From positions 5,208,001 through 5,272,000 of the forward strand of contig CM022679.1 of the NCBI GenBank assembly GCA_012295275.1: a stretch of 64,000 nt of DNA, given 5' to 3'. The position numbers and the translations under genes were made by a program. Positions 24,005-39,399 of this stretch are shown here, in pieces. This DNA is from Chrysomallon squamiferum (lineage: Eukaryota > Animalia > Mollusca). Positions within the stretch are counted from its first letter, which is position 1. Every line of letters begins with the position of its first letter. Below the pieces are notes generated by a model, which did no database searches, was not told the origin of the DNA, and saw nothing but the letters and a program-made list of their open reading frames with translations.

Positions 24005-24880
24005 GTTGTTGCTGTTGTTGTTGTTGTTGTTGTTGCTGTTGTTGTTGTTATTATTTATTTATTGTTATTATTATTATTTTTAAATAGTCTATTATGTTTT
24101 GATCGGGTTATTATACATTTATGACTGTCTGTTTGTCTGTCTGTCTGTCTGTCTCTCTGTATGTATATATATGTATGTATGTACGGATGTATGAATGTAC
24201 ATACGCAAATGTGTCAGTATATGTATCTATTCATAAATGCATATGCATGTGTATGTGTGTGTGTGTGTGTGTACAAATGTGTTATGTAAGAATGTTTGTA
24301 TGTGTGTATACATCGATCTCTCTCTGTGTCTCTGTGCCACGATATTTACAATGAATCAAAAATAACCACAGCACGTGTTTCTCTGTCACTGTTTTAATAG
24401 TTAATGTTAAAGTCTGCTAAATGCGAGTTAGCTTTCACTTGAGATCGTTGTTTCAGTATCTGTCTCTAGAAGCTGTTCAGTGCAGGGTATTGTCGACCGC
24501 ATTGATCTTCGTGGATATATTACAACCAGGCATGTTGTCTTGTGCAGTCAACCTTTCTTTGCATAACGAAACATTCTTGGCGCTTGGTGTTATATGTATC
24601 TGCATAGTGTTGTTGTTATAAGTGCGTTCTTCATTACTCAAAGACAGTTACACTGACGAAGAAATAGACAGTGTGTAATTATTCTGTGACATCTTTTTGT
24701 GTTCATAAAAAGTAAGTATGTATATATACACTGCATATATATATATATACACACACATATATACATGCATATATATATTTATGACTACATGTAACTAACA
24801 TATACACATATATATATTTCTATGTGTATATGTATGTATATGTATATGTATGTTTGTATGTGTGTATGTATATATGTGTT

Positions 24881-24921
<41 letters not shown>

Positions 24922-25492
24922 TCATCGCTTGATATATATATTTGTGACTACACGTAACTAAGTAAAAAACAAATGTTTAATTTTGTCATTGTTATTTCAG
25001 AATGATTTGAAAACGAAGAGTTCGTGACTGATTTTTTTTGATAAAATCTCATTCAATATCACCATACGTAATGACGTCAGCTGTGTGACTATCTAAACCA
25101 CAGTGTCTACATGCTACACACTGGTATCATCTCCATGGCTCGAGAAAAATACACAACAAACCTTCTATTCATCTCTTCAGATCAGCTGACCCAAATCCAC
25201 TCCACGCACGATATGACTCCATTTGCTTGACCTATGACAATACCAAAACGTTCAACAGTTATGAATACGTAGTGCTTTAAACGTCTGGGGTTTTTTTTTT
25301 TTTTTAGACTGTCAGTGAGTCATGCTTTTTTTTTTTTTTGGAAAAACGAATAGTAATGACGTATAAAGAGAACAGTTCTATTAAAAAATATCATAGATAT
25401 CATGTACGTAACTGAAGCACGTGAAGATATCACATGTTAAACATCGACACGTGGGTTGCAGTTTTACAACTTGACGGTTTACAGACGGTAAG

Positions 25493-26293
25493 ATGTCCAA
25501 GTTTCTGAAGCAAAAACTTCGCGACCCAGAACTGAAAGCAATGATGGGTCCTTGCATGATCAGTTTTGCTATTCCTCTTTTCATACCGGGTGTCACCTTG
25601 ACCCTTGTCGCCTTCCGCGACGACAGCGGCTTCTCCAAATACAGCGCCCTTCACGTCACTGGCATGCTCTTCTTAGCGTCGGCGTCGTTGATTCTAGTCG
25701 TTGGCGTCATCATGAAATGCGCCTGCAAGTCCAAAGTGTTTCCGACTGATGAACATTTTAATCGGATGGTCTCGACTCACTCGAAAGAAAACAAAAAGAC
25801 GATGTCCCCGGCTGCTGCTAAAGATGCTGCTATTGCTGCTACTTCGAAACGCCAAAAATCTGCGAAGAACGTGAAGTCGGAGCCAGTTCCGAGCTCGTCA
25901 GTGGATTCCAACAAGGCGAAAGCCGAAACGTTATTGAAAATCTACGATTCGGATTCGGATGTAACGACTAAGAAAAATTATCTGCCACAGATTCACGTTG
26001 AAAACGAAACGAGAAACACGAAGAGGAGAAAACAAGAGGATTCTCTCGACGATGCAACAACGAGTTCAGATTCAGAGGAGCGGCAAAGTTTTGTTAATGA
26101 CGTTACAGACTTGAAGACGTCAGCATCCACAGAGGCCACATCTGAGACGTTTGCAAGTTCTCATCCTCGAGACAACAGACAGACTAATGCAGATTCCCAA
26201 GGAGCTGAAAAGAGTGGTCAGCACAAAGCTAGAGAAGACGTGTTGAAGAAGAAAGTCGACATTGCTTGGGAGAATGAAAATAGTGAAAAGTAG
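25493..26293 (+). CDS. Two-TM hairpin membrane protein (paralog 2); 266 aa unspliced, possibly 458 aa if spliced to 34430-35009
   Basis: TM1 MMGPCMISFAIPLFIPGVTLTLVAF, loop RDDSGFSKYSA, TM2 LHVTGMLFLASASLILVVGVIM, then KCAC; charged tail; the stop overlaps donor-like AA|gtaggt. Confidence 0.85.
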   Translation: MSKFLKQKLRDPELKAMMGPCMISFAIPLFIPGVTLTLVAFRDDSGFSKYSALHVTGMLFLASASLILVVGVIMKCACKSKVFPTDEHFNRMVSTHSKENKKTMSPAAAKDAAIAATSKRQKSAKNVKSEPVPSSSVDSNKAKAETLLKIYDSDSDVTTKKNYLPQIHVENETRNTKRRKQEDSLDDATTSSDSEERQSFVNDVTDLKTSASTEATSETFASSHPRDNRQTNADSQGAEKSGQHKAREDVLKKKVDIAWENENSEK

Positions 26294-26378
26294 GTGTCCG
26301 TTATGTTCATTAAGTATATGCAATCATGTCACTTTACTGTTATTGTTGTTGTTATTATTGTTGTTATTATTATTATTA

Positions 26379-26436
<58 letters not shown>

Positions 26437-27048
26437 AAATTCATATCTGATTTCCAAAAATACTCACACACAAAGAAAAAAAAAAAAAAAAAAGAAAAGA
26501 AAATCCAACTTGTTCACAGTTCATTTTGTTTTAAGTTTAAGACTGAAACAGTAAATCATGTTTTTGTATTGTTAACGTAAGTTTATTCTCAGGGGAAAAC
26601 ATTAAAAGTATGCAACATTCCATTTAGGTGCATATACTTATATAATATTACTTTATTGAAAAGTGCAGTATTAAGAATGAAAGATGGTGGTTATTATCCA
26701 TTTTTTTCTATTTTTGCTTGTAAAGTACCTGCAAGAACAAACCAACCCACCCCCAAAAAAATTACATCCCAAAACCCCCGTAAAAAACAACAACAGCAAG
26801 AAACCCAAACATAATTTATAATAAACAGTGTAAAGATATAAAGATAATATATTTTTATATTGCGAAAGATTAAAAAGACATATTTTCGTATTGATTGGCA
26901 TATACATATTATACATTTTTATATTGGAAATGTATATGTGGAATAGTGTCGTCTTTTAAATATATTTTGATAATGGAATGCTTTTATACAATATAATTTC
27001 ATGTCCAAAGAACAAAATGTTTTTTATTTAATGTATACGCCAGTCCTG

Positions 27049-27081
<33 letters not shown>

Positions 27082-27088
27082 ACGTTTC

Positions 27089-27124
<36 letters not shown>

Positions 27125-27560
27125 AAATGCATGCAGACTAATTGTGATGCAAGAAATATTTTTAGATTGTTGCATAGAATAGTGCATCACTTTGCCAGCT
27201 TTTGTGTGTTTATACTTGTATATATAATTCATAGAATTCACTGCTAGTTTTATTTTCTGCTTTGATTTTGTTCTGTTTGCCTTGTGCATCATTTCTAATA
27301 TTACATCTGTTTGTTTTAGAAGAAATCATCTAGCTGATGGAACGCTTCATCTGCCGTGCGGTTGATTGGCAACAGTCCCCCCCCAATCAACAGCCGCGTT
27401 TCAAAACTGGACCATTAGAATAACTTATTTCCTATACTGCGTATATGATTGGCTTAAAATCTTCCAATCAGAAGTAGCGTTTTTAAATGGTACGAGTAAA
27501 CTATACCGAACTGATAAAATCAGGATGTTTTAAAATTTCTATTTTTCTATTATTATTATA

Positions 27561-27593
<33 letters not shown>

Positions 27594-28225
27594 TCCCCAT
27601 ATATCTTCCAGAAAAGCACCTTTTAATTTTTATGTCAAAATGTATCTGTTTCCATGTCTTTGGAATTTGGAATGAAGAAGATTTTGGATCAGATATAAAG
27701 TTTTAAACTGATGTGAATATCCTGATTTTTAGCGTTTCATATATATATAACACATTAATTGATGCTTTTAGTTTAGAAGAGCAAAACTTTGTTTGATTTT
27801 TCTTCTGTTTTTTTCTCTTTCATTTTCCTTCTAATTTATTTTTTTATTTATCGTTTTGGTATGAATATATACCTCTCCTTTTGAGAGCAGTTTACTATAT
27901 ATATAAATATATATTTGTCATTTTTATAAAAGGATAAGAATTATTTTTAAAAATTCTATGCAATATGGTTAAATCTCTGTATTTTACTAAATATATTTAT
28001 GTAATACTCAGAAAGCATTTTTCTATGTATGTGATGCATAATGTGTGTGTATTTTTTTTCATTATTGTTAGAATATATTAAAAATGATACAGTTTTCATT
28101 TAGAAAAATAAAAAATAAATAATAATAAAAAAAATAATAAGAAATATATTCATAAATTCACAAAGTCTTCGATCTATACAGGTTAAATATGTTTTGTAAA
28201 ACGACGTGTCAAATGGTAATTACAT

Positions 28226-28259
<34 letters not shown>

Positions 28260-28811
28260 CGAATACATTAACACAATACAAAAGTTAACATGTCGTGGAA
28301 AAGGTATCGTGTTTCAAATGCACGCTAGCGACAATGAAATAACATTAGTCCATTACTGTGAACATAAATGTCACGGGAGTATAAAAAAAGAAAAACAAAC
28401 AAAAAAAAAAAGGTTTTAATAATATATGATATTTATCGACACACTGCTAACAAATCACAAAGTTTCGGTACAAACACAATATCTCGAATAATATTACTTC
28501 GGATATACCGAGGTCGTTTAAATCAAAGACTTATTTTTTAAAATAAACGTAATTAGTTTTAATTAATTAATTAATTAATTAATTAATTTATTTATTTATT
28601 TATTATTATTATTATTTTCAGTGGATGTGATGATTAGAGGAATGATTATATTAATGATAACAATGTTTCATTTCACTCCTTATTTACAGCGAGTAATAAA
28701 TAATAATTTTTATTGTTTTATTTTTTTTTTTTTTTTTTTTTTTTTTTACTCTTGTTTATGTATTTTTTTTTTGTTAATATTATTATTATTATTATTATTA
28801 CTATTATTATA

Positions 28812-28846
<35 letters not shown>

Positions 28847-28856
28847 TATTATAATT

Positions 28857-28888
<32 letters not shown>

Positions 28889-29214
28889 TATATATTATTT
28901 TTTTTTTTTTTCTTGTTGTTGTTATTAAAGATACAGACTGAACTGACAAATTTTTTTATTTTTGTTTCCACTTTTATTAAAGTCTGTTTATCCAGTCACT
29001 TTGTTAGTCTTTTTTATCATCTCTATTTCTTGTCACCAGCTGTAGTCAGTCAGCATGCTGTTCACGTAGTTGTTGCATCCACCATCACGTCACCAGCTTG
29101 TTTGCTTCAGACGTAGCGAAATGTATGTCGTAGCTGTAGAAGCCGCAGAGAAAAGATGACGTGGCTTGTGATGGTGTTAATAACTTTAGAATGTAGTTTC
29201 TGAAATCATGAGTA

Positions 29215-29306
29215 AACTATAGGAAAATATTATCTGTGATTATGATAACAGAACTTACAAGTAGGTGAAAGGAAGTTTAATAAGCTAAACTATGTAACAA
29301 AAAGAA

Positions 29307-29345
<39 letters not shown>

Positions 29346-30120
29346 GAGAGTGATGATAATAACTGCTTGTAAATAATACGTATAATTATGATAATACTTG
29401 TAACTCTAGGGAAATATAAGCTATGACTGTTAATGCAATAATATTATATCTGCAGGGAAATTTCAGTAATGATGATAATGTTACTAACTATAGGGAAATG
29501 ATATCTATAATTATGATGAAACAGTAATTATAGGAAAATTGTATTAGAAATAATGATAATGAATATTCTAATTAACTATAGTGAAATGGCATCACTAGTA
29601 TTGGTAATACTACAATCGTAAGGAAATCGTATCATAAATGATCATAGTATTAGTAACCATGGGAAGATGATATCTTTAATTACGATGTTCCATTGACTAC
29701 TGAAAAAATGACAATATTACTAACAATAATACCTAATGAATATGATGACAGCGTAACCATAGGGAAATCGTAATAGTAATGATAAAAACACCATTAACGA
29801 TAGGAAAATAAACTCTGTAATTAGAATAATACAGCAATAATAGGGAAATCGTATCAGTAATGATAATATTACGAAAAATAGTTTATGATATGTAAATTAT
29901 AATAAAATTGTAACAAACGAAAAAGTAATAAAATGATGGCTATAATAAAAACATTACGAAATGTTATCTCTAATAAAAATATTGGTAGCAGTTGCTAGAA
30001 AACTGTATCAGTAAGTACTGTAATATTATTAATGATAAGAAAATGGTATCTATAATTATAATTACAATTACCAGTAACTACGGGAAGATAGTATCTCTGA
30101 ATATGATAATTATATAACAT
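29215..30120. repeat. Old degenerate minisatellite, ~41-bp period
   Basis: Recurring taactatagggaaat(c/g)gtatct..aattatgataat variants at ~29215, 29401, 29485, 29525, 29573, 29613, 29655, 29754, 29795, 29838, 30075. Confidence 0.65.
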
Positions 30121-30771
30121 GAAGTAATGTGTATAATTCTGATAAAACTTGCGGTCCTGGCCAAAATGCATTGCTTATGGTATTGCTAGCAACTTAGAAC
30201 ATTAATGACATTAAATATAGTTTAGATATGCTTCTTTTCAGAACTGTTGTTTTAAATTTGTTTTGGTTATAAACCCTACCAGAACTTGTAGGCATTTCTG
30301 ATAGCATTAGTAGCTTTAATAGAACATTGTAGATTGTGATTTTTGTTACTACAGTTAACGTCTGCCGAGAGGGATATTAGAATACCATGGTCTAAAGTTA
30401 TTAGTATCCACTGTGAAATACTTACTATAAGTTAAAGTAGGAGTAATAATGGCATAATGGGATTTTTGTAATGTTGTTAGTGATCAAATCGCAAAATTAA
30501 ACATTTCTTTTATGAAAAAATGAAAATTTTAAAACGTATGGTAACGACTAAATGAAACAGTAATAACTGGACTAGGTTTGCTAAAATGAACGATGGATGG
30601 ATGGAAGACAATTAATACAAAACAAAATAATACATCAGGCGATGTAAGTAAAGTTAATAATGAAAATACAGGACAGTAATAAATATTGTGAAATATAAAC
30701 ATCTTACACTATTTTCTTTATTTTCTTTCTCTTTCTTTTCTTTTCTTTTCTTTTATTCTTTATTTCATGTT

Positions 30772-30803
<32 letters not shown>

Positions 30804-31848
30804 ATTTATTTATGCATTTCGTTATTTTGTTTTGTTTTCTGTTTTGTTTTATTTTGTTTTGTTTTCTGTTTTGTTTTATTTTGTTTTGTTTTCTGTTTTG
30901 TTTTATTTTGTTTTAAATTTTGAAACTATTGCTACCAGGCCATCACACAACACAATCCAATGACTTACTCTTCCATATTTATTTGCAAAGATAACAATTG
31001 TTTTTTTTTCCTTTTTCTTTTTCTTTTTTTTCTTTATTGTAATCACTATTGAAAGGATTATAGTGCATTAACTTCGATTATCTGTTTTAATGTTTTCACC
31101 ATGACAACATCACACACGCCATCAGTACTATAGTCTGTGTGGTCGATGAAACAGGTCACGTGATTTCCGCTTTCATTGATGTCTATAATTATTAGCTTTT
31201 GTGATGCTGCAGTTAAGTGACCAGAGTTAAACATGGTAGATAGCGGGATCAAAACCTGTCATACTGCTCCTGCCCCCAGAGCAGTAGCCCTGTCAGTTAG
31301 GGAGTAGTAAAGCCTCTTATAACTTAAATCTAACATAACGACGCTAAATGAGCTTCAGTAATAGAGAACAAGGCTTCTGAAATGTCTGGAAGAAGCTGGC
31401 TATACTTCAGTGTTTTCTCTGTCATGGTTATAAGCATATATAAATCGTAACAGTAAAATTTCGGATGTTTGAGAGTTGAGCGACTGCTACTTAGAGATAA
31501 TACGGGAAATCGTGTTACTATTTACTAATGTTATTATCACAGGCGATAACAGTGAGTCATGCTTACGAATATTACAAACAAAGATAATATTTCTCTGTGG
31601 TTTCTACTGCTATCATAAGCGATACAACGTCTTCATCATGCAATAGTTATTACAAATATGCTACTATTCGTTATGTGCAAATAGCACTGCAGACATATTA
31701 GTTGTCTATGTATCCAGTTTTTCAAATATAAATTCTGAAACTATCACATCTCAGTCTTTGAAAGTTGATACTGGAGATACTATGTGACATGTATCTCTGA
31801 TTGACTTTCTAAATAAAATAGTTAATGTTTACCATAATGATCAAAAAT

Positions 31849-31886
<38 letters not shown>

Positions 31887-32538
31887 ACGGAAATTTTTTG
31901 ATATACACACAAATAGACGTCGATTGAAACAGAGGTATTTTACCAGAAGTGTTTTCGTATATATGAAAATAACACTCGTATAATATTAAAAATCAAAATC
32001 GCACCTTCATAGATCGTCTATATGTAAACGTATTGATTATTTATCTAAACAACATACACCTAAAGGTCACATATATGCAAAACTATTAACAATTCTTTGT
32101 ATACTAAGAAACAAAACAAATTACAAGAATAAGAACAAAGACTAAAAACACAGAGATATATTGTATCAAATATCTGTCTTTGTCTCATCATCGATTATTT
32201 TCTATGAATAAAAAAAAGAAATAACAAGAGGAAAACATGAGTAAAAAAACAAAGAATAAAAAACATTATGATGAAAAGTAACTGATCTGGTTTGCATGAA
32301 CAAAGACTGAAACCGATACTGTAATAAACATTCTTGAGAAAGTTTTATAAATAATAAAAAGTTTTTTTTTGTCATTGAATTATGATCGACAATACATCTG
32401 TTTGAATAAAAAGTACATCTATGTTATTAATAATAATAAAGGACCTAACACTATTGAAACGTACTGAAAGATACATTTATGAGAAATTACAAAAGCTAGT
32501 ATATATTTTATGCAGATCGGGTCTGAATGGATTTAAAG

Positions 32539-32592
<54 letters not shown>

Positions 32593-33648
32593 ATGTATGT
32601 ATGTATATAGATTGATAGATAGATAGACAGATAGATAGATAGATAGATATAGGTACCACAGTGTTCTTATAATTTATAGTCTAAGTTACTATTTAACCTA
32701 GAAAGATCTCGTTTCAGACGTATTCTATTCTGACATTTTTCTAGAGGGCCTTTACAATATTCTAAAGCTTTCGCCTTCACTGTTTGTAAAACGTCTTTGA
32801 ATTTATGTAATTTTGAAATATATATGCAGTAATCAATCGCCTAAGAGACAATAAAATTGGCCATCGATGATTAATTTAATTAATAGTTAATTATTTTAAA
32901 ATAGAAAGAATCAATAAGAATTATATATATATATATATATATAAAAAAAAAAAATTCTACGCAGAAGCTGCTAACGTTGTAACTCATCAGCTACGTAAGG
33001 TGACATCAGCTACTAAGCCTGTAATATCATTATTTCCGGTAGCTTTGAACTCTGGGTAGAATCAGCCCTAAACGACGGACGCAGAAACGCACGAACAGAT
33101 TTTCAGCGATAGAACCAAAGTCCTATCAAGGCTGAACGATTTTAGAATTTTGATCGGATACAATTATACACGGAACGGTGGAAATCTATACTCTGAATCT
33201 CACCACTGACAGGTACGGGAAGAACGTAAGCTAATGTTAATGACGTTGATGGATCGAAAACAGTCGAAGGTTCTTCGGGGCGTATCCAGCGTCATGGTTT
33301 TAGACAGTCTGTAATAGCTACTACAAACAGACCCTTCTAGAAAAAAAAAAAAAAAAAACGACTGGATCCGACCCTGGTTTGCTTAGGAAGTAAACCGCAT
33401 CGATTACTCAAGTATTAGTGTTCGGGACACGGGTTGCATATCCGTTTAATCAGTGGTTTAATACCGTAGTTATGTAACGTCTGTATCGATGAACAGGGAG
33501 ATAATACCGTTATTCTGACAGGCCGTTAAATCAAGTACAAGTGTATGTCTGAGATTGCGTGGAGTTCGAAGAATTCATGGAGAAGAGACTGACAGAGAGG
33601 GAAAAGCTAAATAGATAGAGAGATTGGTAGACTGATAGACTGATTGAA

Positions 33649-33679
<31 letters not shown>

Positions 33680-33795
33680 TATATAGTTAGATTGATATAT
33701 AGATAAACAGTCGTACAGACACAAATAAAGATTTTAGACAGAGACACACACAAGGATAGTGAATGAGAGAGAGAGAGACAGAGAGAGAGAGAGAG

Positions 33796-33903
<108 letters not shown>

Positions 33904-34219
33904 AAAAAAAGCATGGTTAAATGATAATAACAGTGATGATGTTTACGATGAAAAGTAGCTGGTCCAGATTTTTTTTTCTGTGTTCTATTCTCTCTTTAAT
34001 CTGATTTTTCAATAATTAAGTATGTTCTGTACAAAAAGATAATTACAGCTTTGGAAATAAAGGCGTAGGTTACAGATGCACGCTAACGTCTTTCCATGAA
34101 GGATTATATAAATTATGCAAGGAAATTCGTTATTTGTTATAAATAACATTTCTTAGAAATACAAATATAATGTGTAAAAGATAGCACCATGTTGTGTTTC
34201 CTTTGGTAAAGAATGATAA

Positions 34220-34323
<104 letters not shown>

Positions 34324-34429
34324 AAACATAAGCACAAGCATGATTTAACGACAAAGACAGTGAAAATGTTTACGATGATAATAACGATGATGAATAAATG
34401 ATAATAACTTCCACACTTTTACATTTCAG

Positions 34430-35009
34430 AAAATTAACACCAGTAGAAAAGTCCAACCACAGTGTTAACTTCTTGCCACCTATTCACCAGACCACCAGAG
34501 TCAGGCCCAGTTTAGCAGCGACGTTGACAACGCCCTCTGGGGAACTTATCAGCGACATAGACACTGACAGCTACGACGCCAGCGACTCCGACTCCGAAGA
34601 CGATGACGACGTAACGATAACCGTGGCGTCGCGAGGAGGAAGCACGATGCCGGAAGTCGACGCGGAGGGATACTTTGTCGACCGGTTTAACAACTCTTTG
34701 AGGGGAGCGAGCAGGGAGAATTCCGTGGAAATTTCCAGCGTGATATCTCAGGAGGAAATATCTTCGGAGATTTCGGAAATATTCGAGGAGACCAAAGTTT
34801 TGGAAAGTATTCTGAAAGAACGTGAAAACGTGAAAGAAAAAGAAGACGAAATGGAAGAAGAAGACGAAGAAGAAGGAGACGACGACCATGTTTCTGTTGT
34901 TAAGATGGAGACAGAAAATGGCGGCGATTTTAGTCCTGGTGCTTACAGAATTGACAAATCATGGTTACTGGACAGCAGTTCTGATGAAAAGCAAGAAGAA
35001 CCGTCGTGA
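34430..35009 (+). CDS. Terminal coding exon encoding an acidic, disordered segment; candidate last exon of paralog 2
   Basis: Acceptor ttttacatttcag| at 34429; GC-rich open frame KLTPVEKSNHSVNFLPPIHQ...EKQEEPS*; D/E-rich; phase-2 start. Confidence 0.7.
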
Positions 35010-38000
35010 ATATACGAATATATACAGTTATATAACTTCCATCACTTGAGTGCCTGTGTTTATAATGTAAATATATTATATTGTGGTGTATTCACACACA
35101 TACACACACACACAGACACACACACACACACACACACAAAACACAAACACACACTCAGACAGACACACATATATTCACACACAGACGCACACAAAGACAC
35201 ACACACAGACACTCAAACACGCAAATATTGACACACACAGATAGATACATAGACACATATATACATATATACATACAGAAACATATACATACACATTCAC
35301 AAAAGAAACCACATATTCATATAGAGATATCAAATATGCAAACAACATATACATAAAAACTCGTCACCATCAATTCAAAATGTACGCACATGTTATAATT
35401 AAGGCGCAAAAACTCAGTTAAACCTAAGAAGTAGAATTTCATATACATATAAACCGTCCAAAATTCACTTATCATATATGATATGAACGTGTATAAATGT
35501 ATGTAACAGAAATATAACAATATTTTACTTACGTACGTATGAATGTATATAAAAATTGGAGGTATGTATAAACATGAAAATAAGATTGTGATAAATATTC
35601 ATCACGGAATCAGATATTTTATTTTATATTGTTATTAAGTATTTCACTGAAATTTTGTATCACGTTATTTTTCCTTTAATTTTTTTTGTAATAACATAAT
35701 TATGTCTTATAATAAATTGTTTCTTTCCATTTGAAATATTCCTTTTTTCAAATGTATGAATGTATTTATGTATTTATGTTTGTATGTATGTTTGTATGTC
35801 TGTATATTTGTATGTATGCATGTATATATGTATGTATACATGTATGTAATCATGTATATCACTATGTATTTGTCTGTGCGTATGTGTGTACGTTTGCACG
35901 TGCGACTGTAGGTTAACATAAACTATTTATTGACACGGTCAAGTAATAAAGTACATTTTACTAAAACACACGTTTTGTTGCCTGTCACTTTTGACATTTG
36001 ATTCTGAAGAAAACGCCTACAATCACAAGCACAAATTTCTATGTTGATATTAAATATTAATAATAACATATTTAATACAAAAAGATCAGAATCGATTTTC
36101 GTATATAATTTTGTCACAAAAATCAATATTGAACCTAAAATCGTCTTCGTATTTAAAATTAATTAGTATATGCGATTTAGAGAAACAAAATGACGTAAGT
36201 GTGTTAGTGGATATCTGAATACGAGTTTGTTTGTCTGTGTGTGCGTGTGTGCGTGTGAGTGTATATGTTCAAATTTATAAACACACACATACGAAGCTGC
36301 TGTAACATTATGTATGTATTTTATTACGAATCTTTATATCCGTAAATTTGCTCGTGTTTATGTGTATGAGCGTGTATTTATGTGGCATACTGCGTTATGT
36401 TATTGTATATTGTATTCTATCATGTTATTTCCATATAAATATGTAAGGATAAAAAATATTGAAATGTTATCCAAAGAACGACATTATTATCAATTTGCAG
36501 GATTACAGTTCAGTCTGTCACGCAGCTGTACCACTGTGAGTTACAGTACTGACAGACAGATATAAACATCACACCAAGATATTTACTACACGCTAGAGAA
36601 ATTATCTTTGTTCTCAGTGAACACGATTTTATCGCATCACCAATAAATCTGATACTGCATGGTATCGAACAAAGCAAACAAATACTGATTATTTATTTAT
36701 TTATTGTTTGTTTGTTTGTTTGTTTCACTGATTATTTATTTATTGATTGATTGATTTAGTGAATAAAGTAAATGTGTACTGTTTATTTATTTATTTATTT
36801 AGTTTGTTTGTTTGGTTGGTTTCTTTCTTTGTTTCTTTCTTTATTTATATTCTTGTTTATTTTAAGTGTTTTTTTGTTTACGTAACATAACGAATGTCCT
36901 TTATACAAATATCTTGTTGGTGTCCATTTCTTGAATCCGTTCACTGTAGAACTTACAAATCCCCGATAGGCTTGCTTCTAGCATCAGTAAATGTGTCAGA
37001 TAATTGACTGAGTAGACGTTGTTTTTAAGAGTCCTTCAAAAACACTAAACTTCACACGTGATAAATAACTCTCAGAATAGTCTGTATCTTGCCGGCAGTG
37101 TGTATTTTGTTGGTGGTGATTTCGTATATATTTATTTATTTTATATTTATTTTCTTGCTTAAATGTCCGTTTTTTTTAAAATTTATTTTATTTGTGATAA
37201 TTGCTTAATTAATTAATTTATTTATTAATTAAATAACATTCATGAAACCCTGGTCTAAAGGCTATTCAGCCGAAGCCGAATTCTTGAATGTATTTTGTTG
37301 TTTGTGATTATTTATTTTAAGAAATCAATATGTAGTCTACAGTGTGTCCGTCTCCATGTCTGTGTTAGTGTATGTTCCTCTATCTACGTGCACGTCTGTG
37401 CATCATGTGTCTATATTCAGGACTGATTATCTGTCTTATGAAAAATCCAATCACGACATCACAATCACGACATCACAATCCCGTCAGATGCCGGAAATAT
37501 GACACCGATTCGCAACGATACCGCTAGCCCACTAAGACAACCTGAAAAACTGAGGGTAATCATAGCTTCCCGGGAAATCAGCCGATATTTGTCTCTCGTC
37601 ATTTCTACGTGCATTCATTGTTTTGGGAAACCTGTACGTTCCACGTGTATGTACGTATGTACAATGTATGTCGGTGATTTATGATAGGATACGATTGTAG
37701 CATACGAATGTGCGATTAAATGATATTTTTTAGGGCTTCTGGGTGTTATTAATATTCCAGTGAAAATATTTTAAAGTCACAAACACACACACACACACAC
37801 ACACACTAAAAAACAAAACAACATCATCAACAATAAAAAAACAAAAACAAAAAACCCCGACCCCTCCAACCAACTTATCGGCTTTAATCAAACACTTTAT
37901 CACCGGCTGGATTGTCATTCTGACCTAGTTCTTTCAGGTCAAGGACAACTGTCGATGTTCTGGGTTTTTTAGGTTCGGTAATTATTAAAGTTAGAAGCTT

Positions 38001-38363
38001 GTAAAACAGTTCTTTAGAAAATGTTTGGATTTCGGTATCACGTACAGTAGCAAGTAAGTATTTTGGTCGGGGTGGTTGGTGAGAACAGCTGCATAAAAAT
38101 AAAAATGTTTTTTTAGTTTATCACTGATTTTTAAAAAAAAAAATTATTCTCTGAGTGTGTGTGTGTGTGTGTGTGCGTGTGTGCGTGTGTGTGTGAGTGT
38201 GTGTCAGATTTTAATTTTAATTTTAAAGTATTTTTACCGTTATTTTAATAAAATTATTTATTTATTTATTTATTTATTATTTAGTTTTTATAATTATTTT
38301 TTATTTAGTTAGTTTTTAAATATTATTTTTATTTTATTTTATTTTATTTTTTTTTATTTATTT

Positions 38364-38426
<63 letters not shown>

Positions 38427-38928
38427 TTTTTGTGTGGGAATGGTTTATACACGGATATGAACTAATTTTTTTAGACACATAAAACCTTGGTAATCGGTTA
38501 ATTCAAGAGTATTGTTTTATTCCCTGTTATTAACAGACATACAAACATACAGATGTAGAAGAAAAGGGAAAAGGCAGAAACGACTGTTAGCATTCAGTCT
38601 TGAATCAATATAAGAGTGCATGGGTTACCTCCCTTGAACTATTTAATTATTTAGTCTAGACAGCTGGTATTTCATGCCACTCAGTAAATAAGTAAATGAA
38701 TAAAACGAAACCAAAATGAGTTAATAAAAATCCAAAATTACGTTAATGTTAAATAAATAAACATATGCACCGTTTTACTTTTCAGTATCAGTGAAAACAA
38801 TATGTAGGATAGTTATTACATATATACTACATACATATATATACACACATACATGTATACATACATATACACATGATTACATACATACATACATACACAC
38901 AAAGACATACAAACATAAACATACATAC

Positions 38929-39036
<108 letters not shown>

Positions 39037-39399
39037 TGCCGATGACATAATTCAGTTTGAACCAGCAAATATTAGAATCAGAATCACTAACTCAGTATTA
39101 CGTAAATAATTAATCCTTTAAGCTCAGATTAACCCGTGTGTCATTTTGCCAATAATTGTAATAATTGTAATAATTGTCTTACGTATGAAACTTATTTAGT
39201 GAAAATCGTTTACGATTAACGGGTTCCCAAATGCTACAGAAAAAAAAATAAAATAAAATAAAATAATAATAATAATTTGCTCAAACATACAGACTTAATC
39301 CTTACCTATAAGGCATTATGGACGGGTGGAGTTGGGTGGTTAAGAAAAAGAAAAAACTGAATAAAAAGGTTACTGTCATGTTAGGTAATGACAAACAAA

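Noticed and set aside
32960-33600. GC-richer block as the missing upstream coding exon for 34430
   Set aside because: I found no sustained open frame ending in a phase-2 donor
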